A stretch of DNA of 64,000 nucleotides from Raillietiella orientalis (Eukaryota): contig JAYWIR010000014.1 in the NCBI GenBank assembly GCA_036172245.1, positions 3,968,001 through 4,032,000 of the forward strand, in the 5' to 3' direction. Both the position numbers and the translations under genes were made by a program. Below, piece after piece: positions 25,115 through 37,738 of the stretch (the stretch's first letter is position 1; every line of letters starts with the position of its first letter). The notes beneath the pieces are model-generated. The model was not told the origin of the DNA. It worked only from the letters and a program-made list of their open reading frames with translations, and did no database searches.

Positions 25115-25511
25115 TCGGGACTGCTCGTGAAGGAAAGCGTCGTTTGAACTTTGTGAGCTGACCCACCATGCAGTGTTCAACTCAGCATGGACCGACGTCA
25201 CGCGGGTGCAGTTCACTTTACGAGTCATCGCTTCATCCACGCGAGTTGGTTCTAGGGTCACATCCCTGTTGCAAAGCGGGGAATCACAGGAAGCTTCGGG
25301 AAGGCCTGCTTGCTTTCTGGAGGCCGATGTCTGGCTCAGCCAATTCGAACGCGCCGACGGAGCAAACTTTCCACACGGCAGTGGTGATGTGGGTAGCACA
25401 ATGGCTCGCCTTGTGGGTCGAGAAATGATACGTGGCCGAGTGGTTGTGCAGCTGCAAGTGCCGAAGAAATCCTTCGCCCTTCCAGGGATCCCATTCGTTT
25501 TGATAAGTAAA

Positions 25512-28500
25512 TCATGACTTGTGTTTCGCTTTCAAGGTACTCAGAGGATCCCGAAAGTCGGTTCCTGAACTCTCCTTGTTTCGTGCTCGCTTTGATAGTG
25601 CTGACTTTGCATGGGAACTGCGAAGAATCTGTGCGTTCCTCGCATTTTAAGGGGAAGGAAGAGAGATGGAAGCAAACCTCATGAGGAAGGAGGCCTTCGA
25701 GGACAGCGACTGATGACAGGGCAAGTGAGCTCTTTGCGGGGGCACTCCATCATCCAGGCTCCCTGAAATTTTTGAAAGGGAGCCGAATGAATGAACTCCG
25801 TACGGACGATGACATCAGGTCACTTCGTTTGGGATGGCTGGGAGTCCTAGGATTTGTGGCCAGAGTTTCTACTTCGAAAAATCGAATGCGAAATTCGAAT
25901 TGAGATGTCAACCCGATTCAGGTGTGCAATGGGGGTTGAGACAATTTTATTCCAATTCCCAAAATGAGGATTCCAGTGACCACAGCGGTGCCAGAAGATA
26001 AAAAACAGCAGAGCACCCTTTCATATGAAACAAAGATCATGAACTACCCCCTCCCTTGATGGACCACGGAAGATTTTCATTAGGTTGTGTCCCGTGCTGC
26101 TTCGGTGGGTCGTTTCACCAGGTACCCATTGAACGATCGGTGCCATCCCTCAAAGAGAAAAGTGGAGAGATGCATCTTTCCTTGGTAATCTTGTCTCCGA
26201 GGTTTGGCCGCTCTTCAGTTCTTGATTTGCCCTGTGGGATAATTGATCTGACAGTCAGCCTTATAAGAGTAACAGGTTTTAGTGGTTGCAGCTTTTGGAT
26301 TCTGAATTGTCGACCTCCGAGAAAGCAGGCATTTTCTTGATGTCTCACTCGAAATGATTTTTTTAGCACCCTTTCGACCGGAGCGCTCTAAGAAAATCCG
26401 AAAACCGTCTGAAAATGCGGCAACAGCGGGTGGCGGAGAGGGCTCTTCGCTATTCCTTTCACGAGAGTCACGTCGTCCACTAGAGTCACTTGTGGAAGGA
26501 GGGTTTCTAGGCGTAGGGAAGAACAGAAGCGCAAGCAGAAATCGGATGCGTACGCGGTCCAAGTGGGAGGAGTTCCATAGAATCAGCGCGTTCCTCGAAC
26601 GGCACGCGCCCAAATCTACCGGACAGGTTGCTGAGGCGGCGCTGACCATCCGCGCGAATGGACGGCTTCGCATGCGAACTTTTTCTTGGGAACGGAGGTT
26701 CGGTGCAAAAGAGCGCGTTAGGTTCAGATTCTTGCGAACCAACGTTGGCCCTTTCTGCATCTTCTGCAGCCTTGTTGCGAACGCGCGCTCATCTGGGGAA
26801 GAAAGAACGCACGGCAGAATCCTGGATGTGGATCTGCTGAGGAAGAGGTAGCAGGAACCGAACTTTCGGCAACTGTGAGACGCACATCGAGTGCCCTGAA
26901 TCCACAGTTCCATGGTTTTTGTCAATGTGCGCTTTCATAGACGTCATAAGGGCTGTCAGCGGTTACCACATGACGTTGGCCGATCCAAAACATAAAAAAG
27001 GTTTTGTTACGAGTGATTCAGACAGTTGCCAAGGGGAACATTCTTAGGTGTTACACGAAGATAATTTACAAAGCTGGAGTGAGAAGCCAAGGATTCCTTT
27101 CAAAAATGTCCCCTCATGAGTCGTATTCAAGTGCTTCCTTCCAGGCGATGATATCGGTAAAATGAGAAGGAAGCTGTTGGTGGTGAACTCGCTGCATAAA
27201 AAAGGAATCGGAAATTGACACGGCATCGTTCACACGCCACATTTTGCAGACACACATCATTCATTGCTGCCTTTTCCCTAATTTGATCTGTGTTCTTGGT
27301 ACTTACTCCTGGTTTTAGAATTTCGTGTTTCTTCAGTTCAGGATTCGGACCGCCCGCGATGCCTGCTTTCAGAGGCTGCTTTGATGTCTCTTTTGATTTG
27401 CTGTCTTCTATCAATAAACTGAAGATGAATTCTGAAATTTAATGCTGACCTGTTGGGGGGTTGCTTTTCTTGGAATTTAGGTTTTTTAAAAATTTTCTGT
27501 GCTGCTCCTTACGGAAGAAAAAAAATGAAGAGTTGGTTTCGGGATTATCGAAAATTGCAGACCTCTAGTCTTTTGCAAACCTCATCCAGCTGCTGCTTGG
27601 TAGAATTGTGCCGCTTTTCCAATTCCTTGAACTTTAATGCATCGCGTTTCATCTGGCGCCTGAATGACTGGTTGGATTCTTCTAATTTCTCTCTCAGTGC
27701 CTACGAAGGAAAACGGATTGTGTGGGGCAGAAGGAAACGCATCCAATCGGACAGGGTAGTGGGGTCAATAACAAAATTTTTGTCATCCAGTGATCGTACA
27801 GATTCTGAACTGGACAAGTAGCGAATGGGAGTATTTTTCTTACCCCAGCACAGAGTAAAGGCATCGCATTCGGTTTGTTTTCAATATTTCCGGTTCATTG
27901 CAGAAGAGAGATCAAGATCAGCACTGAGGATTCATTTTGCCGAGAATTCTTCAAGATGCATTTTCTCATCTGACGAGCTATTGATTTCCACGAAATCATT
28001 CATTTTCGTTTCTGCATTCAATCCGGATTAGTTAAGCGTCGGTCCACCGACGACTTGAGCGTCAGTACCAAACTATTCGGCGTTTCGCATCGCAAATGTA
28101 CAAGCGTGCAAGTAGAGAGCTCCAAAAACTGCGCCAAGCAACCACCAAAGAGAGACAGAAAGGTCGGATACTCCGAATTCGAATGGATGGGCAGCGAAGT
28201 GACTTCCGGATATCCTTAGAAGCGTAAAGGAAGGTGACGCCAAAAAGACAGTTCTGGACCCGAGGAGGACACAATCTGTGGGCAGGTTCGAAGCTCAGCA
28301 CGAAGCCGAAAGAGCATCTATCATCTCCTTGAAAATTCTGGTACTTTCGGCTGACACGAGTAGCAGTGGTTGCTCTTTGAAAAGCACGGGATCGAGAGCT
28401 CATGAGTGACGCTGAAGAGCGAATGCATGCCTGCATCGTGTTCATTTTTAATCCTTCTTCCCTGAAGATCCCGCCAATGAACTGGTTACGGATCTCGGAC

Positions 28501-31500
28501 CCACTCGCGAGCGATGATAAAGCGACATAGCACAACGGCTGAATTCAATGAATGAATTCAACCTTACAAAGCAAACACAGAATAACATTTTATGAGTGGA
28601 GAGCACATTTGTCGTTCTGTTAAGTTCATGTGTTGCAAGAACACCTTGACGTTCTTCAACGAAATTAAGAGCCTTCCTGCACCTCGGGCTTTGAACCGGA
28701 TCCCGAAATGACTTGTCTTGTTCGAAGCTCACAACAAAATCCGTGATCCCCAAACATCTTTTCGCCTCTGATTTGCAAACAGCTCGAGTTTGTAGATGAA
28801 GCGACATTCAGCTTTGAAAGTTTTGAAATGAATTCGCTTTACCGCTCCATCACAAGAATTTTCGTATCTAGCACTCCTGTGCAATGCCAGAATCAGTGTT
28901 TACTTATTTGCTATCTCGTTCTGATTAAAAAAAAAAAAAAAAAAAAAGAGAGAGAATTCTCCAAACAAAGAGTAGGACCAACACTAACCAATATTTCTGC
29001 AGTTTTAAGTTCCATTTCCTCTCGGAGCCTGAGTTCCCTATGAACTTGTTGACCACCATTTTTTTGTCCATCTTTGTCTTTCACTTGACGGAGTTTTTGG
29101 TTGTCGTCTCTTAGGGCTTCCTTTTCTTTGGAAAGAACAGTTATGCGGTCTTCGGAATACTTCAAGGCTTGCTGAACCTGCACATGAGGACACACGTAAG
29201 AGTTGGAGAAACAGGAAGAAGTCCATTCCACCACTACTACGGAGAACTTTCTGCAGTTTCCGGATCACACTACATACATCATAAAGGGCAGGTGTACGAG
29301 GTACACCTGCCCTTTATGATACGCGGCAGATGTGAGCTGCAGATGCGAACTCTCTCACCAAAAAGATTTCCCAACTTTTTGGCTTCCTATAAGTAAAACG
29401 AGCGACGCACAGATCGGATTCGGGTCCAGTGTGGATCACTCCTTTTCCTAGTCTTTGTTTTGAAAATGAGTGCCACAAGAGAGGGTTAGTGGAACGGTAA
29501 GAACGTGGAACGGTTCCTGTCGAGAAAAGGCGTTGCAAACGTAAAAGTAAGTTGTATGAAGATAAAGACTGCTCTCGAAAGGTAGACAGAAAGCTGAGGG
29601 AGTCGGCGTCCAAGACTACGCTGGTACTTACCCAGAGAGACAAAGATCGTAATTATCTCTCATTCGCTCAGTGCAATTTCTGGGAGTTCTTTCCGGTTTG
29701 ATGCAAGCACTAGTAAGCTCTCATCACCCACCAGTGCAAGTTGGAGCTCGAGGGTGACTTCCCCCCCCCCCCCTTCCCAAACTACCTTCTCCAGGATTTC
29801 TGACGGGGGAAGGGGTAACTTATCTGAATCCTGGAAGCAAAGGTCAGTGGATTATATAACGAGCAGCCATTATTTGAACGAGGGTCCCTGGAATAAGAGG
29901 GGGTCGGGCACAACCCGCAATTTGAAGAAGAATCCTGTCAGTGAACTCATGCACTGGATATTAGAGTCGAGCATAAACAGAGACAGGGAGAAGATGCATA
30001 ACTCGCCGCATTCACCATCATTGCCTTGTTGGACTTTTATGGAAGGAAATTCCATGATTAACAGAGAGAAGTCAGATCATCAGACGTAACGAGCCATTAG
30101 TGGGAAGAGCAAGCAGGGAAGCAGGCCGTTGTCAACCGAAGAACTCGCTAAGAAAGTAAGACTAAATCCTGACTGGATCACTGCAACACTTCGATCCATG
30201 TAACCTACGCAGAAACTGCACTTGCAACAAGTCCGGGACCCGGATGGGAATTTTGTCAGCAATTCCAAAGTGAAGAGAAAGATGAAGGATTCAAATGCTG
30301 AGTGAGCAGCTAAGGAACAGTTACATTCTGTCTGGATAAGCGTGTTTCAAGGCCCTGCTGCTAAAATATCGTCCAAATGCTGCTGATTGCCTACACGATT
30401 CTTACCGAGGCGTGCCCGCTGTACAACTCTCTTACTGAGTTGACGTTTCCGATTGAGACCGATAGTCTGTATCGAGCTTTTCAGCATCGGAACATACACA
30501 CAGATTGTCGATTATGTTTGGAGGACTGGGTACACACACACACACACAGACATTACTGTTTATTTCGTAGCCATCATCGGATGCATGCAACAAATCCCGC
30601 AACTGCCCCCAGCATTTCTCGTGAAGCTTTTCCCGAGTAGGCATCCTGCAAGCAAGAAACTCTACCTTCTTGAAACGAGATATGAGGGCAGCTCTTTCTT
30701 CTTCATAGGTTTTCAGCATTGCAGGAAGTTCTTCCTTCGCATGTTCGAACCTGTTGATAGCAGTTTCTTGTCTCTTCTGGATTCTTTGCAGCGTTTTGTT
30801 TTCCGAACGTAAAGACTAAGTAAGTGAGAAAGAAAAGGTGCATTTCAGATGAGGATGCATTCGATATGATAAAGTATTCAGCATTCCGTTCTGGTGAGAG
30901 AAACTCGACGTGCTTTCTCAACCGGGAACTGGGAGTCAGGTTCCCGAATAGCCGAGAAACCAGAACGAATGATCAATGAAACATAAATGAGAAATTCGCT
31001 TACAGCGCGACATCATTTAGTTGGACCCGGTGAACAAGTTGGCGGGGAAGGAAAAATTGGAAACGAAAGTTTCTATAAAGATGCATGGCATCAGGTCGTC
31101 AAGCTTCACCCCATTTCCGTCTTTGCTTTTCGTACTCTTTTAGTGTTATCGAGAGGCTCTGTTGAGAAAGCAATTGGCTTGCCGGAGGAAAGGTTTCTCA
31201 GATGGAAAAACGCTTTCACAAAGTCCTTCTATTCGTAGCAGTACAGCCTCTCAGTGCTGTCTGTTTTTTTTTAAAAAAAACTGTGATTATTAGATCACAC
31301 AAGGGATCGTAATAGGTACACGTGCGCATGAGGAAAAATAAGGGAGACGAGAATGGGAAACATGAAGTTCTAGCATTTCTGTAGGATTTGCTCCTCACTT
31401 ACGGAGTTATCTACAGAGACATGACGTCAAGGAATTTCGAAAGGGAGTGATCGCAGATAAAGATGCCAACAGTGTAAATAAAGCTATTTTCATTAGTTTT

Positions 31501-31765
31501 GGAAAGCCATTTGGACCACAGTGTCTCTTTACAATACAAGAAGAAGAAGTCGATACAGGAAATTCACCTTCTGCATCACTTTCAGTGCCGACCGATCCGA
31601 CGCCCTTGATATCTGCATAGGAATTAAAAAATACCGTGGTTAAAACGAATTCATCCACCTGAGTTGGAATTTGAAAACAGGAAAGGAAAAAAAAAATCCT
31701 GTGATTCCTTCCGAAACCGCCTCCTCAACTTCGAAGTTGGCGGTTTCTCTCCTGGAGGGAGCCAT
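25512..31765 (-). CDS. LCA5: Lebercilin / LCA5-like ciliary coiled-coil protein (core exons firm, termini tentative)
   Basis: Three phase-0 GT-AG exons, 30815-30666, 29177-28989 and 27700-27563, join to SLRSENKTLQRIQKRQETAINRFEHAKEELPAMLKTYEEERAALISRFKK-VQQALKYSEDRITVLSKEKEALRDDNQKL..ELKTAEIL-ALREKLEESNQSFRRQMKRD.., resembling the lebercilin domain pattern (ENxxLxxLQxRQxxALxKFE..LP; FxRQL). Candidate ATG at 31765 (MAPSRRETANFEV); candidate low-complexity 3' exons down to TGA at 25514-25512 could not be phased unambiguously. Confidence 0.72.
27563..27700 (-). CDS. LCA5: Lebercilin-domain exon C (46 aa)
   Basis: Acceptor ttccttcgtag, donor GAG|GTCTGC, ALREKLEESNQSFRRQMKRDALKFKELE.. Confidence 0.82.
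28989..29177 (-). CDS. LCA5: Lebercilin-domain exon B (63 aa)
   Basis: Acceptor gtgcag, donor TTG|GTTAGT, heptad-rich coiled coil VQQALKYSEDRITVLSKEKE.. Confidence 0.82.
30666..30815 (-). CDS. LCA5: Lebercilin-domain exon A (50 aa)
   Basis: Acceptor cttacttag, donor AAG|GTAGAG, SLRSENKTLQRIQKRQETAINRFEH.. Confidence 0.85.
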
Positions 31766-31805
31766 CGCCTCCTCCCTCCCTCCCACTCAGAGCGAGTACC
31801 ACACG

Positions 31806-31820
31806 GTAGCCACTGGCAAC
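31806..31820. promoter_or_regulatory. RFX X-box GTAGCC-ACT-GGCAAC
   Basis: Exact match to GTNRCC-N(0-3)-RGYAAC, ~40 nt upstream of the candidate ATG of the lebercilin-like gene. Confidence 0.65.
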
Positions 31821-32411
31821 AGGCTACTAACTGCTATTCTGAGAAAGCGTGCTTCTCTTAGAATTGCTCTCTTACACTACAGCAGTTGAAATAAAAGTGG
31901 AATTCATGATGCAGCACCCCCCTCCCCCCTCTTCCCCCCTCACCATGCATTCGTTAAAGAAAGAACGCTTCGAAATCGGACTGGAAAAGGAACGAAGACT
32001 TACTTCATTTAGACAGCCCGATAGAACGAATCTCTGTGAAAAGTGGAGATGATTTTCGCGAAGGAATCAAAAACCGCAGCCGTGAACGTACAAATTCTAT
32101 GCTATTTGGAGGAAGAAAGAAAATCCTGCAAGAGCATGTCAGCACCGATGCATCTCCACCAGGAAGACGCCGCACACGTTTGGTTTGTAGCGAACTGCGC
32201 ACACGGTGCCGTTTTATGTGCTGCTCTTTGGATTCATCTCAGTTCCATGCGTTTATTGGAAAGCTGTCAGACTCCCGTTTCCCGTCTTCGGAAGCTGCGG
32301 AGATCACGTGGCCGATATCAAAAACCGTCATCAGAAATGCGAATCGAGGTTAGCAGCTTTACTTCTGGAATCAATCGCGTACTTTCCGGGATCCAAGGAA
32401 AGATTCATTAC

Positions 32412-32424
32412 GTTGCTAGGTGAC
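32412..32424. promoter_or_regulatory. RFX X-box GTTGCT-A-GGTGAC
   Basis: Matches the GYTRYY-N(1-3)-RRHRAC X-box consensus, ~650 nt upstream of the lebercilin-like ATG. Confidence 0.5.
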
Positions 32425-35400
32425 GGATTTCTTGTCAGGAAGAGAGGGAGAGAAAAAGAGAAAAAAAAAATGCACTAAAGAGCGTGAGTATTTCAGCATG
32501 GATTGAATTTCAAACAGAAACAGGCTGATGCTCTCTCCGCTTGTCTTACACCAAAGACGTCTGGAAGCCGAGTAATATTCTAATCTCGTAAGCTAAAAAT
32601 CAGAGCCAGTGAGAAGGTCATGCAAGTGGAGCCGACCAAGGAATACTGATCATTGGCTCTTTGAAAACTGCCATAGTCATTGCTTATTCGTGTAGCATCC
32701 ACTCAGTCGCAAGAGCATGTGAAAGCAATCCAGGACGTAAACTCATCTTGACGGTGATCCCCTCGTGGGTCCCCAAAATACAAGGTTGCCCTATTCAGAG
32801 ATGAGAGCCGTGCACACTTCTGCATTCACTGAAGTGTTTCAGAATATGCATCTCTACACAAACGCAGATAGGACAGCTGCATCGTGTGGTGAAATCAATA
32901 CGAAACTTCCCAATACAAAAGAACGAGGTTTCCTCAAACCAATCTTTAAGCACTGAAGACAGCAAAATTTCTTACGAATTTCGAAAAATGCTTTGCAAAT
33001 TTGGAATCTCTTCGAAACCTGAAGGCACAACGAGAAGTCAACGATACACAACTCATTAACGCGATTCATCCAAAGTCATCGATGAATTTCCGTTATCGAA
33101 AATTTTCGCCTTGTTTTTCGCATCCTTTTCGTATTTGTCCTCATCCCGAATCGGACACCATATTTTAAAACCAACCCAAAAAGAACAGCAAATTGACCAG
33201 CAGTGAGTTCGAGTCCGACTTCCTTCTCCGTTTGCGTGTGCACAAACGACGCTGCTGAGGATCCTCCACGTCACATCCCGAGTCGAAATGGAAAATTTGT
33301 CTGTTCACGGAGATGGTCAGCTTCCAAAGAAGCAGCATCCCTGGAATTCCCCTCTCCACCGTGCTCACGGGCCTCTGAGTAAACCCACGCGGGAGGTGGA
33401 GAAGAGTGTTACGTAGTTCGGCAACTTCACATGGGACACTTCTAATTAGTGCTAATTAGGTTCCACTTCTACCGGTTCGTAGAAAAGAGCAGAAAGCCGG
33501 ACATTTCCGCCATCGCACTGAGAATGAAATTACGAGCACATGCCATGGAGATTTCCATCATTTTCGAAACAAAATCCGCATCCTGCGTCTCGAAGATTTT
33601 CGGACTCGTTCTCGGACACGTTTTCTCTGGAAGTTTCCCGATTCGTTGACGTAATCTCTACGCGAGACATTGGCGAAAAAGCAGCATTCATTAACAGAGT
33701 TGTGAAAAAGTTGCACATTTCATATCCAATTCGAAAACGTTTAGCTCGAGCATACTTTGGGTTACCCAAAGTGTGCTCGAGCAAAATGTTCCATTTTTTT
33801 TTTGGTCTGCTTACTCATTTGTTGTTCTCACTTCTTCACGATGGCGTTCTTCGGATGGTTTTCATGTGAAAGCGTTTCCGCGTTTGTGCACACATTTTAT
33901 AAAAATTCTTTGGACGAGCACGGACAGACGTACTGACTGCTTGCCTCGCCAAGATATTTAAATACAGATGCATGGACAAAAAATACTTGGAAGACCGCAG
34001 GGAGGACTGATTTTGCCTTCAATTGAAAACGTCGACTTTTCGTTCATACGCTTGCGACGAGCAGTGCCTTAAGTTGTGGAACGGTGAACTTCGTCTGACA
34101 GCATCTTCACGTTTGCCACCTCTGCATAAGACAGATCCTCATATACGACAAAGACGATATCTAAGAGTCTTCTCCCCGGAGCGGCTACAGTTAATTCTAA
34201 AGGATGATAAATCTGTTCTGAGGAATACCATAGGTGGTATGTTGTATATATGTGAAAGGCCTGAGAGCGATAAGAGTTTGTTTCTGTTTTCTGAAAAACG
34301 GAAGGGAAAACTGCACGGTGATGACTTCCTTGAGTGGTTCTTTCCAGAAAACAGAAGAAACTCGCAAGTCGACGGAAGCACGACTTCCGTCTGCGAAATC
34401 CACGCGAACGGGGTCGTTTCCATCCGACATCCCAAATAGAGCGTGTTTGAGTGATCACGGGAATGAACGAATTTGCACATCATTCACATTTATTTCCTAA
34501 TAGCAATATGGATATCCAACTTGCCAACATCTAACAAATGCGTGTCAATGTCCTTTCTGTCCGCAAATGATTTTGAAGGTCAGACTCAAAACGGAGCTGA
34601 TGTGCAAAGTATGTCCCTTTGAATTTTCCAAAACAGAGTCCACAGGGAGAGCAGTACGATATATAAAAATTGCATAGTTGGAACGCACATGTTTGCAGTT
34701 GCACTTGGAGCAGTTTCAGAAAGTTCTCGAATGCAATTTGGAATCTTTCTCAGGTATCGAACTGCTTCTGCCTCAGGACTGAGGTTCAAGGGGAACAGCT
34801 GGAAGCGGCAACAAAACAGTGAGCGAAAATGGAAATTAAATAATTCGTTCGAATGTTAACATTAACAGCATGGACTGCATATGTAGTCTTCTACTGTTCG
34901 CTAAAATGTTTGCATGGATTCTTATTTGAGTCTGCAGACTCAAATTGGATAATCACTAAAGGACACCATGCACAAAGTTGGTACCAAGAAGTAGCATCAT
35001 CGCTCTCCATCCCTTTCTATCGGGAGCAGATGTCTATTTATTCTCAAGAAACGTAATTAAGGATAAATAGGTGGATAGAATAGATGAAAGTAGATGAAAG
35101 AATTTAGAGAATGAAACAGGTGTCTTTTCTTCTTGGATCAATAGGCATTTTAGCATCAAGTGTCATTGCTGCCACACCTGTAGATCAGATTTTATTCCAG
35201 GGCACTTGGATACCTAACGTAATTGCTGAATTCGGGGTGAAACTAATGGTCCCCATTTTCGTTCTAAAACGGATGCTGAGGTTTTATGGTTTATACTTTT
35301 TTATTTTTTCATCTTGCAAAAGTCTTCAGTACCACCAAAAACAAACAAGAAACATTCCACTCCTCAATTTGAAGTGGAAAACTCTTTCCTTTTCCTGATT

Positions 35401-37610
35401 GAATTGCATTCATTTGCTTTGTGTATCACATGCAATCAGCTGATATGCAGGCATTGCATTATATTGCATTATATTCTTGGTTGGCTCTAAAGGATAATAA
35501 AGAACACGTGACACAGCTTATGCACTGAAATATCACGGCTTCGTGGATGAATGCTTTTCTTTTCGTTCCTTTGATACAATCTCCTCCATCGGGGAATTTC
35601 TTGTGCCAGGCGGAAAAGACCTGCGATTGCTTTAGATCTGAAGGAGCGAGAGAACGGAATGTTCGCCAATACTTTGCTTCTACGAATCCTTCTCATCCAA
35701 ATGATTTGACAAATTGAGAGATCCTTTGTGTGTCCCACTAATTCACATGCATCCCGACATGAAACTCGAAGAAATGTGCATCACTTGACAGCTTTTCACA
35801 TTTCAATCCATTTCTACTTGAGAGAATTTCTCTCGTTAAGCAAACTTGCAGAAAATAAGTCATCCCCATGTTGTAATGGAAAAAAAAAAAAAAAAAAATG
35901 ACAACCACAAACAGAATTGGTATGATTTTCCACTTTGCATGGGAAGCTTCTCCTAGAAACACGAGGACCTCTCCATGGCCAGTGTTCGCAAGGACGCAGG
36001 GGAAGCTTGGAACATCCTATGTAATCCTGGAGCATTGAAATTTTCGAAAAGCTTCATAAGGAAGCTGTTTGCATTTTGTTGATGTTTTCCATGACGCAAA
36101 CCGTTTAAAGAACATTTTTTTGGTTAAAGAAAATAACATTCTCGGATGGATTGATGCCATATTCTCAGTCTACTGATTTCTCCCACCCTCCAGTCGCTGG
36201 CTGACTTTCGATTCGTTAAAAAAACAAGTGCCAGATAAATGAAATAAAATTAGCTTTTTTTTTATGGAACCTTTCGGCGATTTTCACAAAGAAATTCTCA
36301 AGGTTTGACGAACTCTGTACTACTGTTATGAAGAAAGTTATCGATCATTCTTAGGATAATTTTTCCTTTTAATGAAAGATGTTTCCATCCACCTTTCATG
36401 ATTCGATCCTGGCAACCTGTTCCGAGGAACAGATTTGGAAAATTCGCTTTGCAAAGAGGAAGGCATTACGAATTTCTTTATCCACCATTTTGAACGGAGA
36501 CCTCGGACTTTGGCGGAATGGAGTGCGGCTAGAATGACTTCGAAATGAGTACCGACTTTTTTTCTTTTTATTAAGGTGAAAGATTGTAAGAAAGGCTGAA
36601 GGACTGATCCCAAAGGGAAAAGGGATCAAGCACACAAGTTGCTTCATCAAAAATAATGATATCTGGTTCTAATGCTAGAACAGAAGCAATTGCTACTCTT
36701 TGCTTTTGACCACCAGATAATCATAATGGCTATTTACGTCAGTAAATATTTTTCCATACCAACTACTTTAGCAGAATCTTCTATAATTTTAGGCATTTCT
36801 TTTGGTGTTACTAAATGATTTTCTAAACCAAAAGCAATCTCATCACGAACTACCATTATGACCAATGATGGTTACGTATTCATCATGTTTAATATCAAAT
36901 GAAACATCATCAACAGCATTAGGATATTCAGATTTATATTTATATGTAACATTTTTTAAACTTAATGAGATTTCATTTTCACTCATATTTTATTCACTCC
37001 GAATTCAATAATATTTACCTTTTAAAATTATGACAGCAAATTTTGATGTATCAATTTATAAAGTTTGTAATTCGTATTTTACACAAATAATTTCTCAATA
37101 TCTAGTAATTTTTAAACTATTTTTGATAAAAACTAGTTATTATTTATCTTTAATTACTTTTTATCATTTTTCATTTGTTAAGTTAATTTTTTTTTAAAAT
37201 TAATCTAAAATTTTACCATGTTTTAAGTTTATCTGTGAAAAATTAAGAGGCCTCATGAAACACAACAAGTGTTAGATAAAAACGTTTGCCATTACATTAC
37301 AGAGATTTTCTTTCTTCCCCTTTTAATGGATGCTGCTCCGGCGGCTGCGTAAAGCGTGTAAATGAGATTAATAACCACACAGAAATATGTGGGTGTGGTA
37401 TCACGCGAGTTCTTTTAATAATGCGCACTTCATTAAGGAAAAGATGAATCATCAGGACAGGAAATTAAAAATGCGTTCGAGATTCAAAGGAAGCATCAAA
37501 CTGTTATGAAAGAAATTATCTTTATTTCAGTAATACAGTGTAATTTAGCGCAAAACTATTTTTGGAAATTATCTGATGTGCTCAGTTGGAGATTCACAAG
37601 AATTCAACAT

Positions 37611-37687
37611 GTTTATCTCTTATTTTATGTCCAATATATATATATATATATATTGGACATAAAATAAGAGATAAACTCATATGTTAC

Positions 37688-37725
<38 letters not shown>

Positions 37726-37738
37726 GTAACATATGAGT
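37611..37738. repeat. Two abutting perfect palindromes (66 and 64 bp), each centred on (TA)n
   Basis: 37611-37676 GTTTATCTCTTATTTTATGTCCAA-(TA)n-TTGGACATAAAATAAGAGATAAAC; 37675-37738 ACTCATATGTTACGTG-(TA)16-CACGTAACATATGAGT. Confidence 0.95.
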
